Positions 54,393 through 64,000 of a DNA stretch of 64,000 bases are shown in pieces. The stretch's first letter is position 1, and each line of letters begins with the position of its first letter. Below the pieces are notes generated by a model. It was not told the DNA's origin and searched no databases. It saw nothing but the letters and a program-made list of their open reading frames with translations. This DNA comes from Paramoeba atlantica. Taxonomy: Eukaryota; Protista; Discosea. Where the stretch lies: the NCBI GenBank assembly GCA_977017575.1, contig CDRNVI010000023.1, positions 124,001-188,000 of the forward strand, written 5' to 3'. The position numbers and the translations under genes were made by a program.

Positions 54393-55016
54393 ATGCCTTT
54401 AATACTTACACTCCTGTCGTCGGATACACAGCCGACTGTACGTGCAGGTAAGGTTACCGGAGCTTCACTACCAGTGGAATATAGTTTGGAGCGAGTCGTA
54501 CAGAAAGTAGAAAGTCATCACTCTACCTGGAGTACGAATACACCAGCGTGTGAATGGAAACATATCGATTGCGATAAATCTGGCAATGTAGTCGATCTGC
54601 AGTGGTCGCATTTACACCTTCGTGGTGAGCTGAATCTGAAATATTTTCCCGTCACATTGGTGGATCTATTTCCTCATCAAAATGAACTTTCGGGAAATTT
54701 CCCTTTCGAAACATTGCCTCCAACATTGCAAACGATCTCTTTATCTAGCAACCAATTTACGGGCACCCCGAATCTGTGTAATCTCCCGCCAATGCTAGAA
54801 TACTTGTCTATGGGTAGGAACAGATTTGAAGGCAATGCAGATTTTTCTTCACTCCCGCTTACTTTGAGGGAATTATATTTGAATTCTAACGAAAAATTGG
54901 AAGGTTACTTGGACGTAGATGGCGTACTCAAGAATTTGTGCTACAACGTTGAAAAGACGAGAATTACGGTCAGTAATGGAAAAATACATGTAAGAAGAGT
55001 AATATGGTTCACCTAA
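54393..55016 (+). CDS. LRR protein, GKV-motif family
   Basis: MPLILTLLSSDTQPTVRAGKVTGASLPVEYSL, TWSTNTPACEWKHIDC, about 4 LRRs. Confidence 0.87.
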   Translation: MPLILTLLSSDTQPTVRAGKVTGASLPVEYSLERVVQKVESHHSTWSTNTPACEWKHIDCDKSGNVVDLQWSHLHLRGELNLKYFPVTLVDLFPHQNELSGNFPFETLPPTLQTISLSSNQFTGTPNLCNLPPMLEYLSMGRNRFEGNADFSSLPLTLRELYLNSNEKLEGYLDVDGVLKNLCYNVEKTRITVSNGKIHVRRVIWFT

Positions 55017-55292
55017 ACGTTTGTACGAAAGTATTCCCCTTTTAATTAATTTTTATAAATGGGTTATTTAGGGGCATTTATAAAAATATATTATTTATAA
55101 AAAAAAAAAAAATTATACATCAAAAATCGATAAAGTACAGTAAACGTCACTATTCTCAGAATGCCCAGTTGTACCGGAGTCCGGCCACCATGTACCGGAG
55201 TCTAGCTGCGGTCTCCCATTCGGGGTCCCGCATGTAGTACTCCGGCCTATTTGGCCACGCATTCATCCACTTGGTCGAGTGGATGTTCTGGA

Positions 55293-55990
55293 TCAGGCCG
55301 AGTACAGGTCCGGGTGGCGGGTAGCCACCTTGCACTTAGCCGTGTTGAGCTTTAGGCCCATAAACTTGATTTCCTCTTCCTCGGGTTCCGCGACTATGGT
55401 TATATCGTCGAGATATGCCCATAGCTTAAGGCAACCCGAGTATTTGGCCGCCACGGCCGAGATGGCCCCCTGAATCCCTAAGGCGAACAGGATGGGCGCC
55501 ATCGGATCCCCTTGTTTGACCCCCCGGGAACTAGGGATATACATGTATATCCCCTCCCCCAGGTGGAGTTTACTAGGGGTCCCGTACCCGAAAAGGGGGA
55601 TCCCTATCATAGGGGATAGGTTAGGGTACCTTTTTAATGCGCGGAATATGGCCGCGCGTGAAACGCTGTTAAACGCATTTTCCAAGTGGGCCGCCACGAC
55701 CACCTCGTCGGGCCTGTCACGGAAGTGATCTCTCACCTCGTAAATGACGTGCTCACAGCCTTGGGTGTAGTGAGCTCCAAATTGGAGGCTCTGAAACACT
55801 GCTGGGAGATGGTCTCTGACCTGTTCGAGGTCCAGTCGGGTCCCTCGGGTCATCCTCCTGCAGGATGGGGACCAGGAGTTCCTTGGTCCATCCGGACGGG
55901 CCTGGCGCTCTAAGCGGGGCCAGGCTTGTTGCCTTCCGGGCAACACTGTCAGCGACTGCTATCGACCTCCAGCGACTGTCTACATACTCT
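55293..55990 (-). pseudogene. Reverse transcriptase fragment of a CRE/SLACS-like non-LTR element
   Basis: APGPSGWTKELL (other frame), LQFG..GCE, NAFNSVSR, GVKQGDPMAPILF, YLDDITIV, LKLNTAKC. Confidence 0.85.
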
Positions 55991-56640
55991 CCAATACTGA
56001 CACACGTAATCCGATCCCTCACGGCCTTCACCCCTGCTTCATTCCACCCATGCACCTTTTCACCCGTACCTGCGATCCATCTATCCTTGACCTTTTCACC
56101 AATTTTAGTTTTTACCCAATGTACAGTGCTCGCAAAAATTAGTAAAACTTTTATTGTAAAATAATAAAAAAGTTTTACTAATTAAAAATTCACTAATTTT
56201 TGTTTTACTAATTTTTGCACTGCCCCCAAAAAATTTGCCAACTTGATAAAATCAATTTTTACAGAAACGGTATTTCTGTCGTTTGAGTAGGTTGTCTCCT
56301 CTAAGGTCGGCGTTAGTACCATCTGCAAAATGGTAATGCTAGGGAAGGCCGCGAGGAGGTCCCGACCATGCTTCCCCATGCTTTATCCCATATTCCCATG
56401 CTTTATTAGAAGAGGAGTAATGGTCCACGAGAAGCATGCGATGCGACGGCTTTACCTTCCCAGGTGGTGAATAGCCATCTCTCTGGAAGGGAAACCGTGA
56501 GGTTCGCTACCGTAGACGTTTCTGAGGCGTTAATTTTTTTAAATACTGTAAACATACTTTTTCTAACATATTTTCAATCATTTGCTTTCAAACATTTGCT
56601 TTCAATCTACATTTATACTGCGTATTACCCAGCACTTTTT

Positions 56641-57263
56641 ATGCCTCTAGTACTTGCACTCCTGACGTCGGATACACAACCGACTGTACGTCCGGGTAAG
56701 GTTACCGGAGCGTCACTACCAGTGGAACATAATTTAATGCGACTCATACATAATGTGGAAAACCATCCCATTATCCCTCTAGTTGGAGTACGAATACACC
56801 AGCGTGTGAATGGGGTTATATGGTATGCGATCGATTAGATACTGTAGTCAATCTACAGTGGTCGCGTTTAAAACTTCGTCGTGAACTGAATCTGAAATAT
56901 TTTCCCGTCACATTGGTGGCTCTATATCTTCATAAAAATGAACTTTCGGGAAATTTCCTTTTCGAGGCATTGCCTCCAGCATTACAAACGGTTGCTTTAT
57001 CTAACAACCAATTTACGGGCACCCCGAACCTGTGTAATCTCCCGCCCACGCTAGAATACTTGTCAATCAGTAACAACAGATTTGAAGGCAATGTAGATTT
57101 TTCTTCTCTCCCGCTAACCTTGAGGGAATTATATTTGAATTCAAATAAAAATTTGGAAGGTTACTTGGATGTAGATGGCGCACTGAAGAATTTGTGCTAC
57201 AATGTTGACGAGACGAGAATTACAGCAAGTAATGGAATAGTAATAAAGGCTTTATTACTATAG
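56641..57263 (+). pseudogene. Frameshifted LRR paralog of 54393-55016
   Basis: MPLVLALLTSDTQPTVRPGKVTGASLPVEH, frameshift near 56765-56830, then ORF 56820-57263 highly similar to the 54393 gene. Confidence 0.8.
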
Positions 57264-57451
57264 CTTACTAGCTTTAAAAGCTAACCAAGAAAACTAAAGC
57301 TAACTTCAAATTGTTTTAAAGTTCTTTTATTACAATATTGGCATATTTTTCGTGTCCATTATAAATGTTTGGGCTGTTTTATATCCGTAGGTGCATGTCT
57401 TCAGCATGCAGTGTAGACCTCATTGGGGTAGGGAAAAAAATTCTAGGCAAA

Positions 57452-57624
57452 CAGGGTAAAGTGGACGAGGGAGATACCAATAGTGTATGTGCGGCAGTTT
57501 CCACAGGACAAACGGCATCTCTGCCTTCTTAAGCGCTTGTCTTCATGCAATAAGGGAGATACCGTTTTTTGTGTGAAAGCTGCCGTCGTACACTATTGGT
57601 ATCTCCCTCGTCAACTTTACCCTG
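57452..57624. repeat. ~70-bp imperfect inverted repeat with 34-nt loop
   Basis: cagggtaaagtggacgagggagataccaatagtgta.. vs ..tacactattggtatctccctcgtcaactttaccctg. Confidence 0.85.
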
Positions 57625-58009
57625 GGTTACATAGTAAAAACATGTTCCCTAGGACCGCTTACAGCTTCCCACGCGAGAAAGTCGTCGTCGCCACGGCAAA
57701 AAGACAGAAGGCTCCGCCTGCTGCTTTTTGCCTTGCGCCTCCTCCTTCCTCTACGGTCTTGCGTATTCCGAACAAGTTGAAAAAAGCATATGTGACAAAA
57801 TGGGGTTTGCTAATCGCTTCCGAAGAAGGGGGTCTCGAGTGGTCCAAAAGGTGCGTTTTTTTTTGGTTTTTTGCGAAAAGAACTTCCGGAAATCTTTTTA
57901 CCGGGCCAAATTTTATTAATATGGGATAGCGAGGGAATAGTATCTCCATCAATAAAGATACCGTTTATATAATTCCATGCTCTCACCTTTTCACGAAAAG
58001 GAGTGACTG

Positions 58010-58200
58010 GTAATTAGGGGGTACACTATTATTTATAAAAAACTTGACTTTTCACTTTTTACAAAAGGGCGAACTTTTGCAATCAGGGGGCACCAGGGGT
58101 CCATATGAAAAAAGGCGGCGATCGTCTTTGCTAGGGAAGCGAGATCTCTCGTCTGCAAATGAACAAAAAAATATAAAAATGTTGATGGGTTCCTTTATAA
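58010..58200 (+). repeat. Family C internal fragment
   Basis: ctttgctagggaagcgagatctctcgtctgcaa matches ~6974-7010. Confidence 0.5.
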
Positions 58201-58360
58201 TTCCGTGCATGTGGCGGGACTTCCTCATTTTAAAAACTCATTCATGCTTTTGCTTTGCACCATTTCTTATTTCACCCTTTTCTCAAACCATTTTAGTCTT
58301 CTTTTCCTTCTCGTTTTTCCCCCTCCCTCTCCTTTCCCCTTCCTCTCCCTTCTTTCTTCC

Positions 58361-59263
58361 ATGTTCCCGCCCTTCCGGCTCATTTTCCTCCTCCTCCTCT
58401 CCCCTCTCCTCTCCCCCTCCCTTCCCCTCCTCTCCTCCGAGGTCCCTCTCCGGCCCCTACGCTCTTCTCCCCACCTCGACCCCACACCACACGAGGCGAC
58501 TCAACTGCTTGGTTTCGCCCAGCACGTACGCAACCGCCCCGACAACTGGAACCTGCAAACCCCGCTGTGCTCCTGGGAGGGGATCCAGTGTGACCCCGAG
58601 GGAAACGTGCGGGTGCTCTCCGGACGTAACTGGCACGGGAGTTTGGTCTGGTCCGCTCTGCCACGGAGTGTCACCCGGGTCTTTCTCCCGCAGGATTTCA
58701 TACCGAAGGAGGCGGAAAATCGAACCTCGGGGATTCGGTTTCCTAAATTAACCGGACCCCTCGCGCTGCAGCATCTCTCCCCGCTCTGTGAGGTGGTTGA
58801 TTTCACCAAACAGCGGTTTACGGGGGGGTTGCGGATGACCAGTTTGCCTTTGGGGTTGAAGGCATTGTATTTGTCGGATAACGCCCTGCAAGGGGAGTTA
58901 GCGTTGGAAGCGTTGCCTCCGCAGTTGGAGGTATTGGATCTTACAAAAAATAAGTTTCAAGGGGAGTTGAGGCTGGGGAAGCTTCCGTGGGCGTTGCAGA
59001 TGCTGTGGTTGAGAGGTAATTTTTTGCGCACCCCCTCGAGAGGGGTGGTGGATTTTATGTATCTCCCGGAAAATATGCGTAGTCTGGATGTAAGTTACAA
59101 TCAGTTGAGTGGGTGCGCGGACTTACGTCGGCTCCCCGTTAAATGCAAAATTAATCTATCGCACAACTTTTTTAGTAAATTCTTACCGTTACACTTTGAA
59201 TCAAGTAATGTAAGGTTAGATTACCAGCTTCCTAGAATATTCCGTTGTGATTTATTCTCGTAA
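58361..59263 (+). CDS. LRR protein with signal peptide, lacking the GKV motif
   Basis: MFPPFRLIFLLLLSPLLS, NWNLQTPLCSWEGIQC, LKALYLSDNALQGEL, LEVLDLTKNKFQGEL. Confidence 0.85.
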   Translation: MFPPFRLIFLLLLSPLLSPSLPLLSSEVPLRPLRSSPHLDPTPHEATQLLGFAQHVRNRPDNWNLQTPLCSWEGIQCDPEGNVRVLSGRNWHGSLVWSALPRSVTRVFLPQDFIPKEAENRTSGIRFPKLTGPLALQHLSPLCEVVDFTKQRFTGGLRMTSLPLGLKALYLSDNALQGELALEALPPQLEVLDLTKNKFQGELRLGKLPWALQMLWLRGNFLRTPSRGVVDFMYLPENMRSLDVSYNQLSGCADLRRLPVKCKINLSHNFFSKFLPLHFESSNVRLDYQLPRIFRCDLFS

Positions 59264-59522
59264 TTTATGTGGTGCTGGAATCTTTGCCCTCCGCTATTGG
59301 GCATGAGTGTTTATAAACACTTGATATGCACCTTCAAGAGGAAATCACAACAATACAAAAGAGGGCTCCTTCGAGGGCGATGAGCTTGTGTACACCTTTA
59401 TGCAAAGATAAAATAAGAATAAAGACGGGATTAAAAGCAAGAAATTGCGCTCTAAAGTTGTACTGGAAAGGAGAAACATGAAAACTTAGGTTATTTTCTT
59501 AATTTATGATTACTCTCACCTC

Positions 59523-62500
59523 ATGATTCCGCGTTTTCTGTACAACCGCGCCAACTGTTTTCTAAATCAGGCTGGAAAAGATTACCAAGATTTTTTTCTT
59601 GAATCACTTAGTTCACTTCACAGTGTAATCACGTCTCAACGCGATTCATTTTTGTCGACTAGGCGAAGTATGCATGTTGGACTCTCCTTTCAACGTGGTA
59701 AAGATAATGCAATCGGTGGTTCACGTCCGGTACGTCACCCATCTCCTGTTCAAGTTAAATATCAAAAAAGCAGCACCTTCAAGGAAAGTGACTTTGCATC
59801 TTCTGAAGATACAACAGATCACAAGAAAGGGAATACAGAGACAGCACTGTCTTTTTCCGTCTATCGGCCGACTGACTCGTGTGCCTACTCCAGTCTCCTT
59901 GATCAAATTCGAAAGACCGGACGAAAGGGCCACGCCCCGAATCTTTTACAGGAACTTCGAAGCGCTCCCTATGCCCCTGGGTGCATTGTGCAAGTCGTAC
60001 GTGACGTACAAAATGCCGGAATAGAGCTCACACAACAAGAGGCGCTCTACGCCCTAGAGTTACCTGAGAAAGTTCCTACCGAATCCTTCCCCAACTCCGA
60101 GACCTCCGATAACACAACTCCATCGAAACTACAGCAATTATGGACCGACCCCATAACGAACTTCGACCCCTCCGAATCCGATACCGAGACCACCCTCGAT
60201 GACACCCCGGACCAACTCTGGTCCTGTCTCCCTCCCTCTCTTCAAGCCACCTTCCCGGTGCAGTACGCCTACCTGCGACGAACCTCCAATGTGTTTGGAA
60301 ACCTCTCCGCGTTACAACAAGCGCTGGAGACCCACCCAGGCCTTGTCACCAGTGAGATGGTCGCGAGCTCGATTGCGTTATGTGCAAACACCGACGAGCC
60401 GTTCGCGACCGCCGCCCAGGTTTTATACTGGTACCCCGGTCCCCTCACGGAGTCCATCCTCACCTCCCTGTGTACCACCGTACGACGGGAGAGTGAGCTT
60501 AAATTTGTGCTCGAGCTGATTGAAAAAGGGGTTGAAATGCCGGTGGTAGACGAATCTAACACCGAGGTGTCGTCTGATGAGGGGATGACACATCCACAAC
60601 CCCGAAACACAGAGCTTTGCTCCCTGTCTTCTTCTTCTACTCCTGCATCTTCCTCCTCAAATTTGATGACGAAAACAGATGTGAAAACAATAAATATTAC
60701 GAAAATAACAACAAATAGTGCGAAAACAACCACAAATAGTGCGAAAACAACCACAAATCTTACGAAAACAACCACAAACAGAAGCATAACAACCATGACC
60801 CCCCCTCTCCTCTCCGCTCTCCTCTTTGCTTGTTCCCAATCCACCGACTACCCCCACCGTCTCTCCCTCGCGACGGCCTTATACCGGCAAGCCCGGGATG
60901 AGCTCCACCTCCCCATTACCGCTGCGATGTATGAGTCCCTCATGCATACCGCAGCGAGCCTCGGGGACGTCCACCAGCAACACAGCTTCTTTGTGGAAGC
61001 CCAGGAGAAGGTAAAGGAGGAGCGTTTGAACGCTTGTCGTAATAAAGATAAAAGGGGAAACGCTTTAGACTTTGGTCATAAAGAAAAAGAGGAAAGCTCT
61101 TTGAGCTCTATTGATAAAGAAAAAGAGGGAAACTCTTTAAACATTAAGAATAAAGAAAAAGAGGGATTCTCTTTGAACTTTAGTGATAAAGAGAATGAGG
61201 AAAGCTCTGTAAACTCTTATGGTAAAGAGAACAGGGGAATCACAGCAAAGGTTCGATTGTCCCCTCGAGCCTACGCCTCTCACGTACTCGCCCTGGTAAA
61301 TGGGGGGTACGTGGGGGATGGGATTGCGGTACTGCGGGTGTTACGACAACAAGGGATAATGGTGCCGTTGTCGGTTTACCCCTATGTTTTGGGGAAATGC
61401 GCGGGGCGAGCATCGTCCGCTCGAAGGTTTTGTCGCTCCATCGTGAACCCGTTTGAGGGGATGGACAATCCCGGGAGTGCGCAGTGGGTGGCGATCCAGG
61501 CGGTGCTGGGGGAGATGAGAGAAAGGGGTGTGGCGATGGGGAGTAAAACCACCACGATGGCGGTGTTAGGGGCCTATGCGGGGCTTTGTGGGGCTGTTTC
61601 GGGGGTGGACGCGATGGTGGAGTGGTTGGAGAACTACCCCAGGGTAGCGAACCGGGTAAAACAAGGCGATCAGGGGCTGCGATTGGCACTCTCCCATGTG
61701 TTTGAGAGTTGTGGCACCGTGGCGTTGCATCCAACAACAAAAGGGGGTGATGGTTTTGGGGTTCAAAAGTGTGTGCAACCGTTCGAAATGCTGCGAAATA
61801 CCAAAATTGGGAATACAAAATCGGGCGCCTATGCGGAACAATGTGTAGCAAAGTCTTTGCGTACGCTGCCCGTGTTTTATTTACCCTCTGATGAGGAGAG
61901 CTGGGTACGATTGGCGGAACAAACGATCTGGGAGCTCTATTTCGGGGAAACCGGTGTCTTGTCCAGTGTTTCTCATTTGATGAAAGAACAACCTTGGGGA
62001 ATGCAGCAAGATTCGAGGAATACCTCTTTGAGTGCAAAAAATGATACCAACTCTGTAGGCGAATATTTCCGTGTTGCGTTGCCTCTACAACGTTCACCCC
62101 AATTAATGGGTCGAGCTCTCGTGCTTACGCCTTTAGCATTAGAGAGCACACAGGCAGCTCGAATGTTTATGTATGGTGAGAATCGCCCCGAGGCCCATAC
62201 CAACCTGACACAGAAAGCAGGAAACAACGATACGGAGAGGGGTATGAGCAGTAGTAACCCCTCGTATCGTGGTTCGCCCGTGGAAAGCTATCGCAGGTTG
62301 TTTCGAAGAAGATCTACCAGCCGTAGTGCAGGGACTTCCCCTTCGGCGGGTTTGTACGATATTTTAGTTTTACCCTATACTGTTTTGGCCGAGTTGGCAC
62401 GTAAGTTTCAAGGAAGCCATAATTTGCATCGCCCGGCTTCCTCATACGGTTCGCGAGGAAATACTCATGCTGGATTTCCTCTTCCCATAGAACAAATGTT

Positions 62501-62744
62501 GTGTACGCTGCTCCGGCATGCCCCGCAAGTTTGGTGTCTGACGCTTCAGGAGGAGATGATTCTACGATCTGCTTTTCAAGCAGGAGCTCCGCGAACCACG
62601 CTGGAAAGCGTGCTGCGAGTGACACAAAGTTTAAGCCGACTCGGCTCGCGCGCAGGGCTGTTTTGCGGTTTTGTACAGGGGAAAAATGTTTCACGTTTGG
62701 AAAAGGAATTAAAAACACGTGAATTAAATTGTGATATAGTTTAG
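59523..62744 (+). CDS. Large, probably mitochondrial PPR-like helical-repeat protein
   Basis: Presequence-like MIPRFLYNR; degenerate 35-aa motifs AMYESLMHTAASLGD.., RAYASHVLALVNGGYVGDGIAVLRVLRQQGI, AVLGEMRERGV. Confidence 0.55.
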   Translation: MIPRFLYNRANCFLNQAGKDYQDFFLESLSSLHSVITSQRDSFLSTRRSMHVGLSFQRGKDNAIGGSRPVRHPSPVQVKYQKSSTFKESDFASSEDTTDHKKGNTETALSFSVYRPTDSCAYSSLLDQIRKTGRKGHAPNLLQELRSAPYAPGCIVQVVRDVQNAGIELTQQEALYALELPEKVPTESFPNSETSDNTTPSKLQQLWTDPITNFDPSESDTETTLDDTPDQLWSCLPPSLQATFPVQYAYLRRTSNVFGNLSALQQALETHPGLVTSEMVASSIALCANTDEPFATAAQVLYWYPGPLTESILTSLCTTVRRESELKFVLELIEKGVEMPVVDESNTEVSSDEGMTHPQPRNTELCSLSSSSTPASSSSNLMTKTDVKTINITKITTNSAKTTTNSAKTTTNLTKTTTNRSITTMTPPLLSALLFACSQSTDYPHRLSLATALYRQARDELHLPITAAMYESLMHTAASLGDVHQQHSFFVEAQEKVKEERLNACRNKDKRGNALDFGHKEKEESSLSSIDKEKEGNSLNIKNKEKEGFSLNFSDKENEESSVNSYGKENRGITAKVRLSPRAYASHVLALVNGGYVGDGIAVLRVLRQQGIMVPLSVYPYVLGKCAGRASSARRFCRSIVNPFEGMDNPGSAQWVAIQAVLGEMRERGVAMGSKTTTMAVLGAYAGLCGAVSGVDAMVEWLENYPRVANRVKQGDQGLRLALSHVFESCGTVALHPTTKGGDGFGVQKCVQPFEMLRNTKIGNTKSGAYAEQCVAKSLRTLPVFYLPSDEESWVRLAEQTIWELYFGETGVLSSVSHLMKEQPWGMQQDSRNTSLSAKNDTNSVGEYFRVALPLQRSPQLMGRALVLTPLALESTQAARMFMYGENRPEAHTNLTQKAGNNDTERGMSSSNPSYRGSPVESYRRLFRRRSTSRSAGTSPSAGLYDILVLPYTVLAELARKFQGSHNLHRPASSYGSRGNTHAGFPLPIEQMLCTLLRHAPQVWCLTLQEEMILRSAFQAGAPRTTLESVLRVTQSLSRLGSRAGLFCGFVQGKNVSRLEKELKTRELNCDIV

Positions 62745-64000
62745 TTCCGATCAATGATTATATCTTTCGCGGGTCCGGACCTGGGTCCAAAGACCCGCAC
62801 GAACCCGCCTTGCGAAACAAATTGTGATCTACCATGCAAATTTTCATTGCTAAGGAAAGGACATGAAGTACATTTCCGTTTTGTTTAAAGGGCAGTTATA
62901 CTCTCCATCTCCTAATCAATATCTTATCCTTTAGCAAATACAGTAAAATGACTCTTGACTCAACAGATCCAAAGCGCGAAATTCTCCCACAAAGAACATT
63001 CGTGCGCTCGTCTCAACATTTAATGACGGAAAAATTCTGAAATTCAATCACTTCAAACGACTTTCAAAGAATGCAACCACTTCACGATCATCTTGGCGGA
63101 AGCGTCGTGCGTTGCGCTTAGATGTACCAACGTCGAAGGAACGGCGTAAGTTGGTGTGCAGATCGGTCAGATCTCTAGTCCGCAGGATATCGATAAAGAT
63201 AGAATACGTCGAGAGTTCTAGTGGCTCGAAAATACTCACCGCTACGGGCTGGGAGTGTTCCACTTGTGGGTGTTGGAAGCATGCGTTAATAATTCGAATG
63301 TACTTACTAGCCCCCCTATTTAGTAGGGCACCGGTTTTGGTGGAAATGCCCTAATAAGGGGGGGGGGGGGAGTAATTAAGGAGATTAATATAAAATAACG
63401 CACACGAACTTACTTATTGAAACGAACGTATAAAAACAAACATATAGAAACATCGTAGGTCGAAGTCTACATCAAAATCGGATAGCGCACTCGAATTTAT
63501 AACGATACATACATGTATTACTCCCCCCTTCACAATTCTTTATAGGGTCGAGCCCAAAATGATTCATGGTTTTATATAAATTTATATAAATCTTTGAAAC
63601 GCCTGAAAAACGCTAAAAGAGCAGGGTAAAAAACGGAGCGTATTTCTCATTCTCATTAGCGTATCAAATGCATATCTTAAATTTTCTTTTTTAGACATTA
63701 CGCAGTCTAATAGTTTTAGAAACTTTTTTTCGGTTCTTTGCTTCGGTCCTCTTGTTTTATCAAATTCATCAATGTGGTCAAATGTGTGTGACTTTACATA
63801 TCAAATTCGGTCACCTATTCATACAAACACCCCATGAAAGCGCATAAGAACTAGTAGAACTAATGATCATAATTTATATAAATATTTTTATAAGTAAATC
63901 CATCTCGGTACCAAACACTTATAAAGCTTTATATAATAAAGCTTTAAAATAAAATTTATAAATATAAATCGCCGAAACACTTACAGTTTATATTTATAAA

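Noticed and set aside
63048-63354. Possible IS630/Tc1 HTH remnant
   Set aside because: Similarity by eye is weak; no catalytic motifs or TIR pair could be assigned

Overview
Eukaryotic, intron-less, AT-rich-intergenic DNA. All ~21 host-type CDSs lie on the + strand, which looks like a directional (polycistronic) gene cluster. Two copies of a kinetoplastid spliced-leader-like sequence (AAAGATACAGTTTCTGTACCTTGTTG, one followed by GTAC) point to a kinetoplastid; the lineage is inferred, not proven. Core genes: transportin-1, Xaa-Pro aminopeptidase (ICP55/XPNPEP3-like), a catalytically degenerate MDH-like protein, RPB4-like, Cgr1-like, a possible FG-nucleoporin, a PPR-like protein and a small histone-fold protein. 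These are interspersed with an expanded family of LRRNT+LRR genes (11 copies, pseudogenes and fragments) and a dense mobilome. The mobilome includes an apparently intact pogo element, Tc1, PIF/Harbinger/IS5-like and Merlin remnants, CRE/SLACS-type non-LTR fragments, a zinc-knuckle gag-like remnant and many TA-TSD MITEs. Main leads: (1) a family of 9 non-coding elements with a 99-bp terminal hairpin, a related 5' mini-hairpin and no evident TSD; (2) a 1.13-kb SL-RNA-derived dimeric insertion that splits an LRR gene; (3) an N-terminal peptide motif (GKVRGALLPQE-like) shared by the LRR family and the pogo transposase; (4) about 7 sharp C-rich-to-G-rich skew islands inside core genes. No rRNA, tRNA or CRISPR array was recognised.
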